Assembly (NCBI GenBank): GCA_964035545.1
Contig: OZ037767.1
Location: forward strand, 8,690,581-8,754,580
Length of the DNA: 64,000 nt
Source of the DNA: Bugula neritina
Taxonomy: Eukaryota; Animalia; Bryozoa
Reading direction: 5' to 3'
How positions within the stretch are numbered: position 1 is the stretch's first letter; each line of letters starts with the position of its first letter. Under the pieces are notes generated by a model. That model was not told the origin of the DNA, ran no database searches, and saw nothing but the letters and a program-made list of their open reading frames with translations. A program made the position numbers and the translations under genes. Positions 42,585 through 53,600 of the stretch are shown here, one piece after another.

Positions 42585-44457
42585 AATAGCAGAATAAGAA
42601 CATTACTTCATGCACATGTGATTTAATTATCTTGATTAAACAAAATTATCTGAAAGTGAAACTAAAAAATAGGTAATTTTAGACTTGAGAATTTCAAAAG
42701 ACTTGCAGGACAATTATTAAAAGTTTAAAGTATAGAATTGGAAAGAAGCTAGATATTTTAAAACTCATTTTGTGTTAAAGAATCCAAGTGATGGAGTTAG
42801 TAAGCTTTTGCTGAAGTAAAAGTTGCATTTATCATAATTATTTGAAGGTCTCAAAATCGGTGCCTCAATGAGTGCGAATCTACTACAAATCTGTGTGCAT
42901 TGGAAAAGAATGAAGGAACCGGTATTTATAGCCACGATAGATACTTCTTCAACACCAGAACTAAACTGTGCGAAAAGTTCCAATACCGGGGCTTTAACGG
43001 AAACGCCAACAAGTTCCTGTAAGTGCTTCAGTACTCATGTAAAACTGGCTAGCGACATCAGTACAAAATAATATTTCAAATACGCAATACAGCTTCTCTT
43101 GTTCTTACACATATAGCAAAATTTGAAATATTTTCGTACTTAAAATCAATGCGTCCAAATGAACAGGTTGATTCTTTTACATAAACTTGTGAAAACCAAT
43201 GTAAATAATCTAATCCAGTTTTTTGAAGTTGATTTTTAAAAAATAATTAATATATAGTAGTTCATAATTGCATTTTAAATTTGCATAAAATGGAGTACTT
43301 TAAATAAAAATAAAAAGTCTTATCAAAATGTTCCTAAGAAACAAATACTTTTCTCGACGCCTTAAAATTAAATTATAACCTTTTTGAACAAGCACTGAGG
43401 ATCCAGTGATTTTATTTAACTGACTACGTTTTTATAGCTTTACTAAAACTTACCTTTAGTGCTTGGTGGTTTGATTGTCACTGCATAAAACTGAATTCTC
43501 TGAGAAGACAACTCTAGATAAAGAGGCTAGTCCGTAATTGTGACCCAGGCAGTCAGAAAAGCACTTTGTGACAAAATTCACATTTTTAGTTAAAGCTTGA
43601 TTCTTATTTGCCTCTTTATACTGATTGATTTGCAGTTTAAATTTTCGAAATCGGACCACTATTGTAATAGTGGTCCGATTTCAAAAATTCAAACTGCAAA
43701 TCAATCAGTATAAAGAGGCAAATAAGAATCAAGCTTTAACTAAAAATGTGAATTTTGTCACAAAGTGCTTTTCTGACTGCCTGGGTCACAATTATCATGC
43801 TGTACAATATTGAAAAATGTAATACTGTAAAGTGTAATTACTCAAGCTGGAAGTTGGTAATAATACCTTGAACAGTCAGAGTTGTCTACCTAATGATTGC
43901 TACTCAACTAGAGTTGTATTCCTTTTAATCTTTGCTTAAAGAGAGTTGTCTTCTTTGTGATATCTACTCAGCTAGAGTTGTCTCCTCTGTAATCACTAAC
44001 AAATCTACTGCAGTCACCGCTTGTTGCTTCATGCTATCTCATCTTGTTTTTGTACAGAACTCTTCCCAAATGTATCTCAAGATGTCAGAACATTGTATAC
44101 CAATCCTGCCACGTCCATCAAAAGGACCCTGGACCTTGCATAAGTCACATTACAAGATATTATTATAATACAGAGACAGGGCTCTGCGAGGAGTTTGTTT
44201 ATGGTGGATGCCACGGAAACGAGAATAGGTTTGAGTAAGTGACAGGTGTCATCCCTTATTTTAAATTGTCATCACAGGCTAGTGGGAAATCAAAAGTTAA
44301 GCACATTATTTGCTGCAATAGTTGGTTACTATGGATTGTACCATCTGTACAAATAGAGTAGAATCATTGATAGTTGGTTTGATGAGTAGAGATTGAGATG
44401 TACTCTATGCGTTTGTATTGTAGGACTCTCCGTGAATGTCAGGTAACATGCGAGTAG
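41589..44457 (+). CDS. Secreted three-domain Kunitz/BPTI-type protein, 194 aa, 5 exons
   Basis: Exons 41589-41655, 42242-42377, 42848-43018, 44058-44234 and 44424-44457. All introns are GT-AG, phases 1,2,2,2, total 585 nt. Protein: MGYTFIISLSILVAFMGLTSASDRDCMLPPHPGTNERSPTIQFYYNSTLRQCLSFFYYGGGGNKNRFWSQNRCLNECESTTNLCALEKNEGTGIYSHDRYFFNTRTKLCEKFQYRGFNGNANKFLTLPKCISRCQNIVYQSCHVHQKDPGPCISHITRYYYNTETGLCEEFVYGGCHGNENRFETLRECQVTCE. It has a hydrophobic signal peptide and three FxYxGxxGNxNxF signatures; AATAAA at about 44873 and 44895. Confidence 0.93.
42491..42620. repeat. 130-bp palindrome: 38-bp inverted arms around a (TA)n core
   Basis: CACATGTGCATGAAGTAATGT...GCTATTGA (TA)n TCAATAGC...ACATTACTTCATGCACATGTG, in Kunitz intron 2. 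Confidence 0.9.
43535..43794. mobile_element. 260-bp near-perfect foldback palindrome (probable foldback MITE with TA ends)
   Basis: 129-bp arms with 2 mismatches and a 2-nt loop at 43664-43665, in Kunitz intron 3. It produces the two mirror-image ORFs 43456(-) and 43625(+). Confidence 0.85.
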
Positions 44458-45158
44458 CTAGCAGTGTCCACTCTCTCTAGCTGCCTCTCTCCAGCTGCCT
44501 CTTTTCAGCTGCCTCTCTCTAGCTGCTACTGATGTTGCTGCTAATGATGGTGCACTGTTGCCACTGGCTACAATCCCAAATCTCTGGTGTCTTTAATTAC
44601 TATATTTATGTAGATTTAGATCAACTAGAACATTCATACTCACATTTTATGTTGACAACGATACATACTTGTTTCTTAAAAACAAATTTGTATATTGAAT
44701 ATTGTAAAATATAATTATATTATAATATATAGTCCAAAATCATATACTTATATATGCCACTGGTGGAGACGTGTATAGCTTCTGTTGTAATTTGTACATT
44801 GTTTTTCTATGGTTTTATTAAATTATTTTGTAATGAATTTGTTCCATTTATATATTATGCAGAATAATGTGAAATAAACTAGAATCATAATCAAAATAAA
44901 ATGTGATACATTTAGATTCATTACTACATGCTCTAAAATAGCATATACAAGTATCATCACAACATCCTGTTACTCAAAACATTGAAGACCCTTCAATATC
45001 TTAATTAAAATATATAAACTATTATGGATGAATATATTAGATAATTCTTACTAACCAGCAATTAGCTGTTTCTTAATAACTACAGCTCTACTAAAGCACT
45101 AAAAATACCGGCCCATTTTGAAAATATATGGAAGAAACTATATTGCAGCAGAGGTACT

Positions 45159-45646
45159 GGTTTCATCCCAGATAGACGCTTCCCACTTATAGATGCTTCC
45201 CAGTTGGACATAATTTTTTGTTTTGGCTCTGGATATAATATAGTAATATACCTATATATACATATATAACTATTGTATTGATTGCTAAACATGAAATAAT
45301 AGTTGATATAAATTATCTGGAACAATATTCCAACTTTCACAAATTTGTGTCGGCTAACAAACAGTAATAAATTAATAATACACATTATCATTAATAAATA
45401 CTTCTTACTGAAATATTATTTTTTCAAACAACAAGAAGTAGTATAGAAAATGCAAAATTAATAAGTTAATGCAGATCAAAGGAATTTACGTACTAAATAG
45501 CAAAAAATTGATCCAAATTTATTTGAATATACATATATTTCAATAATATTCCTATAAATTGGGAGTATATAATATACATAATTACATTGTACTAAAATAA
45601 ATAACTAAAAGCATCTAACTGGGAGGCGTCTATCTAGGATGGCACC
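45159..45646. mobile_element. Old MITE-like element with ~28-bp imperfect inverted ends; diverged copy at about 48089-48548
   Basis: GGTTTCATCCCAGATAGACGCTTCCCA versus the reverse complement of CTGGGAGGCGTCTATCTAGGATGGCACC. The interior aligns with 48130-48500. No clear TSD. Confidence 0.5.
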
Positions 45647-46314
45647 AACCTTTACAGCCCTTTATTGTCAGATTGCTTATATATATTACGGCAGAAAAAC
45701 ACATTTAGATTGAAGAAATGACCAGAGTTATATCCCAGATTGCTCACTTTCCTCTATAATGCATTAGAGTATTGTAGGAATATTAATTATAAAAGAGAAC
45801 ATGAGTGCATTAGCATAGCAAGAACGTTATTCTAAAAGTTAAGCTGATGAGACAATGCTTTTATTTTTAAACAGCATTACATGAAAGTAAAATTTTCTTT
45901 AAATCAAAAGAGACTAAAAGTTTAAATAGTTTAGATCAAGGAAAAGTTCAACTGTACTAATTTGAGCTCCGTTTTAAAATATAGTGGATCTGCTGTGAAT
46001 CTGCTTTGATCTCAGCTCAAAGTTCCCAATTGTTGTTTCCTCTCCCTATTATTTCTACCCAGAATAGTTAACTTTTGTGTTGTCAAAGCCTAATAAAATA
46101 GCTAAAGGATTAGCAGGAAAATTGGCCAGCAATTAAGATAATTATGGGGTCTCTACAGGTGTATAAGTGACAAGAGTCCAGGGGTTGGGGGCAGTAGTGG
46201 ATTGTCACTCCTAGCACTAAGTCTTTAACAAAAAATACCTACGTTATTTATTACCAGTGTTGGAGATCTAATAAGCAGAGGTACATATCTACAGAAGTTT
46301 GAATAATATCACTA

Positions 46315-47493
46315 ATGATGTCGCAAAGACCTAGAGTAAGTATACAATTGTAATACTATATGCATACAAAGTAAAATGAACTGTTATAAGTAAAATAAGC
46401 TGTTATTTAAGAGAAATGAGTCAATATAATATACCCTAACATTATATGTTGCCATTGATCTTAATATGGCATAATTTTTACTTAATTTATGCATTTTAAA
46501 ACTAAAATCTAGAAGAATCTTGTTCTGATGTAGAAATAAATTGTTAAAATAGTCTGCCAAATTATTTACTTTAATACTAAATTAAACTATCACCAGAGAT
46601 AAAATCTTTCAATTTTAAAATTTATTAAATTTTCTTTCATTAAAATAGTTTGAAATTTATTTGTAATTATAAATTATCAGTATCTCTTGTAAATCAACTA
46701 TTTTGTTCTTTCATTTGCAGATAGGAAAAATCGTGATTCCTGTCACAGCTGAAGATATAGAAGAAGGAAAGAAACGTACTCAGAACCAGGTAAATATAAT
46801 CAATATTATATTATATTATTGTTAATATATTATGTTATGTTATATGCTGTATTACTGTTTATTATATATTCTATGCATGCTTGTAAAGGATAGAAACAAA
46901 TGCTTAAAAATATAATATATTTTCAAAATGGGATGTTGCATAATTGTTTACTATTGCTGGGATAGTGGCTCAGTTTTATCATTGGAATGTTTATTAAAAA
47001 TAAACATAATGGTTTAAATAATTTTGTATAATTAGTTTAGTGAAAATAGCAACTCTATATTATATCACTAAGAAGCCAAATTTACTTTTAACTGCAATTA
47101 AACAGTTTCAAATGTGACTTAACAGCAAGTGAAGGAGTCTTCAGCTACTATACTACCTGGCGTGTTGTAATTCCTTAACGAAAGAAATTAATTTGTTTCG
47201 AATTTGAATTGTTCATAAATTACTGACCATACATTCTGTAGAAGTTAAAAAGCTGACAAAACTAAAACCTTCAGCCTGCAATTCTATCTATTAATACACT
47301 GTCAACAAATTAATTTTTATTTTAGGGGCCATCAGATGCTTTGCGCTACCAGGCAAAAACTCAGCAAGGATGTCAAGGTCATATGGTGAAGCCCAGCCCT
47401 TCTTACTGGTTTCCTGAAGGCCGTAAAAGATGTCATGAAGAATGGAATCGTCAGTTTGCAGAAAAGAAGAGAAAAACTGATAGCTCTCAATAG
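46315..47493 (+). CDS. Uncharacterised small basic protein, paralog A (85 aa, 3 coding exons)
   Basis: Exons 46315-46335, 46721-46789 and 47326-47493, all phase 0 with strong GT-AG sites; AATAAA at about 47525. Protein: MMSQRPRIGKIVIPVTAEDIEEGKKRTQNQGPSDALRYQAKTQQGCQGHMVKPSPSYWFPEGRKRCHEEWNRQFAEKKRKTDSSQ. Exon boundaries and frame are conserved in paralog B. Confidence 0.75.
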
Positions 47494-49205
47494 GATAGTG
47501 TGGACATGCATCTCATCTCTAAGCAATAAAATAAGCTTATAATTAGTACCTTATAACTTTTATTTAATGTTTATAATATTATAACATAATATACCTTTTA
47601 ATTAAATTATTGAAACTTTCTCACTTATTTTACAGTTATTTTTAGCTTTCTCTCAATTTAGTAATTTTCTTTGCTGAAAATAAATAAAAATTTGTATGTC
47701 AATTTTAGACTTGAACGTAGCTGCTAAATTTTTTTACGTAAAAATATTCCTAGAGGTAAAGTTTGCACTTGCATTTTCCATCTTTGTATTAAACCTTACA
47801 TTTGTACCAATAAAGCATGAATAAACAACGCTTATAAGCTGCTCGATTTGAAGCTAGTTAGGTAAATAATGACAATGATTTTGGCTTTCAACATTTCACT
47901 TTCAACATTTAACCTTTAATTTTCTGGCTTTATGTCGAACAATTCACAATTGATTAGCTAATTTTACACTTAGATGTTAGGGTTGGATTATTATGATAGA
48001 AAATCCCAGGCACCATATTGGGGGTTCACCTAGTGCAGTGGTTTGGGAGGAGAGTGACCAGAGTTGGGTGTTTGTGTATGAAATACCTGGGTTTCATACC
48101 AGTGAGATCTACGCTAATTTTTATTTTGGTACCATTGTATTATATAGTAATATACCTATACATACCTATATAAATGTTGTATTGATTGCTAAATAGCTAA
48201 TTATATGTTAATGGCAAATATAAGTTATCTGAAATAATATATCAATTTTCGAAAACTTGCGTGGGACAAAAAATAAAGCAATACATTAATAATAGACGTT
48301 ATCTTTATTAGCAAAATATCTTTTCAAGCAACAGGAAGTATAAAAAATGCAAAATTAATGAGGTAATGCAGATTAAAGGAATTTTTTGAAATAACAAGTA
48401 CTAAATAACAAGCAATGGACCCAAATCTATTTAAATACCAATATATTTCAATAATGTTCAAATAAATTACACATACCATATATATTGTACCAAAATAAAT
48501 AAGTTTAGTCTAATGACTGACTGGAAATCCTCCATCTGTGGTGGCACAGCTAAGACAAATTCTATGAGCCACTGGCTAAACCAAATACCGCCATGAGAAA
48601 TGACTCGCTGGTTATTGAAAAGCATCCTCACTTAAGGTTTGTTAGGTATGCCTGAAATATCACAATTTTAAGCATGCATTGGCTTAGTATTTAAAACTCA
48701 ATTAAAAATTATACTCTTAATGAGTATTGAAATAGTTAATTGATGTGTGCTGCTAAGAACTAGGCTAATGTTTTTATCTCTCACATGCATATCATGAAAA
48801 AAGAATTTCCATAAATTGAAGATACAAAACTCAGAGCTTAAAATAGTTTAGAACTCTGTACTAATTTGAACTCTGCTTTAAAATATTGCTTACACTCTTT
48901 GATCTCACCTCAAAGTTCCCAATTGTTGTTTCCTTTCCCTATTATTTCTACCCAAAATAGTTAACTCTTGTGTTGTCAAAACTTATTAAAATAGCTAAAG
49001 GATTAGCTGAAAATTGACCAGCAATTAAGATAATTATGGGGTCTCCACATGTGTATAAGTGGCAAGAGTCCAAGGGGTTGGGGGCAGTAGTGGATTGTCA
49101 CTCCTAGCAATCAGTCTGGCACTAGGAAATATCTACACTACTTGTTACCAGCATTCCATGTCTAGTACACAGGAGTACATATCTACAGAATTTTAAACAT
49201 CATTA

Positions 49206-51014
49206 ATGATGGCACAAAGACCAAGAGTAAGTATACAACTGTAATACTATGCTTACAAAGTAATACAAACTGTTTTCTAAGGCAAATGAGTTGATAATAT
49301 ACATCAACATTATGTGTTGCTTCAAGCCATTGATCTTAGTATGGCAGAGTTTTTACTTAATTTATGCATTTTAAAATTAAAATCTAGAATAATCTAGTTT
49401 TGATGTAAAAATAAATTATTAAAATTTTCCTACAAACAATTGACTTTACTACTAAATGAAATGATCTTAAGAAATAAAATCTTTTAATTTTAAAATTTTA
49501 TTAAGTTTTCTTTCATAAAAATAGTTTGAAATGTATTTATAACTAAAAAGTATTGGTATGTCTTGTAAATCAACTATTTTATTCCTTCATTTGCAGGTAG
49601 GAAAAATCGTGATTCCTGTCACAGCTGAGGATATAGAAGAAGGGGAAAGACGTACTCAGAACCAGGTGAATATGATAAATATTATATTATATTATTGTTA
49701 ATATATTATGTTATGTTATATATATGCTATTACTATTTATTGTATATTCTATACATTGTGAAGGATGGAAACAAATGCTGAAAATATATATTATCAACAT
49801 TAAATTTAAAAGCTAAACATCTTCATAATCATAATATTCCATTTTGTAAAATAAACTGTTCAGTTCAACTTGCACCAAACTGAATTCTCTATTAAACACA
49901 ATATACTGCAATTACATGTTGTAAATTAATTTTTATTTTAGAAGCCATCAGGTGTTTTGTGCTACCAGGCTAAAACTCGACAAGGATGTCAAGGTCATAT
50001 CGTGCAGCTCAATCCCAGTTCCTGGCTTTTTAGAGTAAGTACAACTGTAATAATATTATGCATACAAAGTAAATTAAACTGCTTTTGAATGAGTCAATAA
50101 TAAATAATGAAGTAATTTATTTTCAAGCCATTTTACTTGTAATTTTATAGCAGACTATTTTTACATGGTGAAGTATTTCAAAAAATGAATAAATTTTTTT
50201 GTTAATGAAAAGAATTATTGAAAAATCTTCTGAGCTTTTGACTTTAACACTGAAAGTAGAGCAGAGTGAAGCTAGCACCAAAGATATAATTGATTAAAAT
50301 AGTTTTTTTATAACTATAGAGTATAAACTACCCAAAGTATGCCTTATCAAACAATTGTGTTATATACATCCATTTGCAGACAATTATAGTACATCTCTCA
50401 GCTGAAGACCTGGATATAGAAGGAAGAAGGCGAACCTACAGCCTGGTAAATATAAATAGCATATTACTATTATATTAAATATCACATTACCATTTATTAT
50501 AAATGAAAGATATAGGGGCAATTGCTTAGAAAATACGAAACTAAATATATGTAATGACTAGGTATATTAATAGCATTAAATTTGATGTCTACAAATTTCT
50601 GTTATTAGAAAAGCTTGTATTTTTAGTCAAATGTTGAAATTTTATTCAGGAGGAGCGGCTGAGTTAATTGTAAAGTAGACTGAGAATAATATTTTTCAAG
50701 GAGCAATAGTAGAATACCAAACTAGCTGCTTATCCGATGTCATATAATTGTTTACTATTACTGCAGTAGAGGTGCGGTCTAACCGTTGAGAAGTTTACTA
50801 AACATAATTTCTTACAAGTTTTATTACAATAAATTCATTTTTATTTTAGAGGCCATCTGATATTTTACGCTACCAGGCTGCAACTCAGCAAGGATGTCAA
50901 GGTCATATGGTGCTGCCCAGCCCTTCTTACTGGTTCCCTGAAGGCCGCAAAAGATGTCACGAAGAATGGAACCGTCAGCTCCCAGAAAAGAAGAGAAAAA
51001 CTGATAGCTCTTAA
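49206..51014 (+). CDS. Uncharacterised small protein, paralog B (137 aa, 5 coding exons, internal two-exon repeat)
   Basis: Exons 49206-49226, 49597-49665, 49942-50034, 50380-50445 and 50850-51014, all phase 0; AATAAA at about 51049. Protein: MMAQRPRVGKIVIPVTAEDIEEGERRTQNQKPSGVLCYQAKTRQGCQGHIVQLNPSSWLFRTIIVHLSAEDLDIEGRRRTYSLRPSDILRYQAATQQGCQGHMVLPSPSYWFPEGRKRCHEEWNRQLPEKKRKTDSS. Confidence 0.75.
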
Positions 51015-51865
51015 TAGGATAGTGTGGACATGCGTCTCATCTCTAAGCAATAAAATAAGCTTATAATTAGTGCTTTATAACTTGCATTTATTGTTTATAA
51101 TAATATAAAACATAAATATTTTTTAATTTAAATTTAGTAATAATTTTTCACTCTTTTATGCATCTATTTTTAGCTGTGCTTAAAGTTTAGCAATTCTCTT
51201 TGCTAAAAATATATGAATATATAAAGCCAACTCAGCACCACCTTCCTGTCAATTTTAGACTTAAACATATAGCAGCTAAGTTGTAACCAGCTTGCTTTGT
51301 TAGCAACTTAAGGTGCTGATAAACAGTTGAAATACATATATAAAAGTGTAAGGTGAATGCTTTCGTAATATCTTTATTGCTGGCCAACAATGGTTTAGAT
51401 TTGTTGCTCATTTAACTGCCAGCACTTTTTGTCACCTGACAGCCACAACCACTATATACAGTTTAACTTCAAATTCCCTCACTGGCCTTTACAAAAGACA
51501 ACCATATTTATCAAAATTGAGAGTTTTAAGGGTCCTGATTAATCTTTAACAACTTGAGACTTTTCTGTGCACGCGAACTTGTAGAACAATTAAGAGTTGT
51601 CTTCTCCTAGTTTTTGCCTAAATCAGTTAAATATCTTTAAGGAGTTATTAAACTTAATGATTTTAAATATTGTAAATAATTTTACAAAAAAGTAATGCTA
51701 AGCATGAGCAGGTTAATCTGGACTCTAGAGGATAATTTATATTTGTAAAATTGAGCTCTACCAACAAGTTTAAATTGAACTGTATATTATATAAGCATTA
51801 TTGCTTTTAAAACAATGCTGTTGGTTAAGATGCATAATCTTTATACTACTTTAATGATGATTTTT

Positions 51866-52200
51866 TGAGTTAATTGTAAAGTAGACTGAAAATACTGTTA
51901 TTCAAGCAGCAATATTAGAATGCCAGACTATAATAGTTGCTTATCCGATGTCATATAATTGTTTATTATTACTGCAGTGGTAGTGCAGTCTAACTGTTGA
52001 GAAGTTTACTAAACATAATTTCTTGCAACTTTTATTACATAAATTTATTTTTATTTTAGAGGCCATAATTTTGTATTCATTGTTTATAATATTATGACAC
52101 ATAATACCTATATCTTTTATTTAAATTTGATAATTTTTTATCACTTCTTTTAAGGTTATTTTTAGCAGTCTCTGATTTGCTTGTCAATTTTAGACTTCGA
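51866..52200 (+). pseudogene. Remnant third copy of the small-protein locus with the terminal exon deleted
   Basis: Aligns to the end of paralog-B intron 4 (from about 50660), keeps the acceptor and 7 exon bases (ttttag|AGGCCAT), then jumps to sequence resembling the region downstream of the poly(A) site. Confidence 0.65.
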
Positions 52201-53326
52201 AGTAGCTGCTAAATTTATATGTAAAAATCAATCATAAAAATATTCCAAGAAAACATATATATTGTTATCTATTATTATTACTCATTATCATTGTTTATTT
52301 GTTTTACAGTTGTTGGAAGTTGTCTTCCTTCAATTTGGTTAGCTGCAAATAAACATACACGAGCCTTATCAATCATTTTTTAGCATTTTTGAAGCCTTTC
52401 ATGGAGAATTGTCAAAATTCATAAAATATATATACACCTTCAGTCTGAGTATACGCTGCAACACAAATTATTAAATCATTATGTACTTAAAACACAATGT
52501 ATTTAATTATAATAAAAAGAATTTAGGCACTACCTACCATGTTTGCATGGCTTAGTTTATTACTTCTTAGTTCAAGCTATTCTCAGCATTGTAATCACTG
52601 TACTGGCCGTGTTCTATCAGTACTATATTCTCAAATGTGACCATAGTCATTATTTTTTGCAAAAGATCTGTAATCTTTTTAAATTTTATACTGCAAACAT
52701 TAAGCTTAATTTGAACAATTGCATACATTAATTTTACCTACTATAATTAGCTTAATGCTTTGGTTTCTATCAACAAAGAATTTCTTTATTAGTATTGATA
52801 TTTAATAAAAGGTTCTCTATTACTAAGCGCTTAGTGTTGGCTTCCAAGAAAACTGCGTTATCTAAAACGAAACTGCGCTATTTAAACTGATCTGAGTTAT
52901 TTAATGGTTATTTTGACTGCGTGTACGTTATTTTCTTGAACTTTAATGTTGGAGTTATCAAGTCTCATATGCGAAATGATCATGGATTATTTCACTATTT
53001 TAAATGACTTAAAATTATATGAAAGTTTTGTCTTTTATTGTGATGTTTGGTTTTCAATTAAACTAAGAAGTTCATTTATTTTCCAAAATGCATTCTTTAC
53101 TGAAAGCTATACCACTGCCATAGCTGTACATATAATAAATCTATGTGAACTCTTTAAAAGATAACTCCACACTACAATAATTTTATTTATTTGAAGTTAG
53201 ACCAACCTAAACTTTGTTAAATTATTACTGTTGCACTATTAATTCATGCAACTGCTTAACAGAAAGCGATTTCAAACTATTTGTTGTTTCACAAGCTTGA
53301 CTAAAAAACCATTTAGCATAAGTTTA

Positions 53327-53600
53327 AACTTTCAGTATTTTGGTAACTTGAAACTCATTTTCACTACTCTAAATCAATAAATTGCGTTTAAATAATGCAT
53401 GCAATAACAAAACATTACATAATGTATTATGCTGGAAAATATTAAATAAGTCTTCCAACAGAGCCCATTCTCAAAATATATTCCGCAACTATGCACAATA
53501 TTATATTAAGCTGTTGACTGTATAATGAAAACTTTATTTAGTGGTGGTGTTAAAAATAAAAAACAATCCAAAATAGTGTTTACCAGATAAAGTTTTTTAT
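53327..53600 (+). repeat. ~270-bp dispersed direct repeat, copy 1
   Basis: Aligns with 58547-58800 (agtattttggtaacttg...gcaactatgcacaatat...tttatttagtggtg). Confidence 0.85.

Noticed and set aside
42110-43071. ORF-track entries 42110+, 42765- and 42868+
   Set aside because: Wrong frames overlapping the real Kunitz exons 2 and 3.
43456-43813. Two near-identical opposite-strand ORFs (VRFxKFKLQINQYKE...)
   Set aside because: Mirror artefacts of the 260-bp intronic palindrome.
47332-51050. Paralogous minus-strand ORFs MLRDEMHVH... (47332-47526) and MLRDETHVH... (50865-51050)
   Set aside because: Antisense shadows of the plus-strand terminal exons. Splice sites, poly(A) signals and the synonymous-change pattern favour the + strand.
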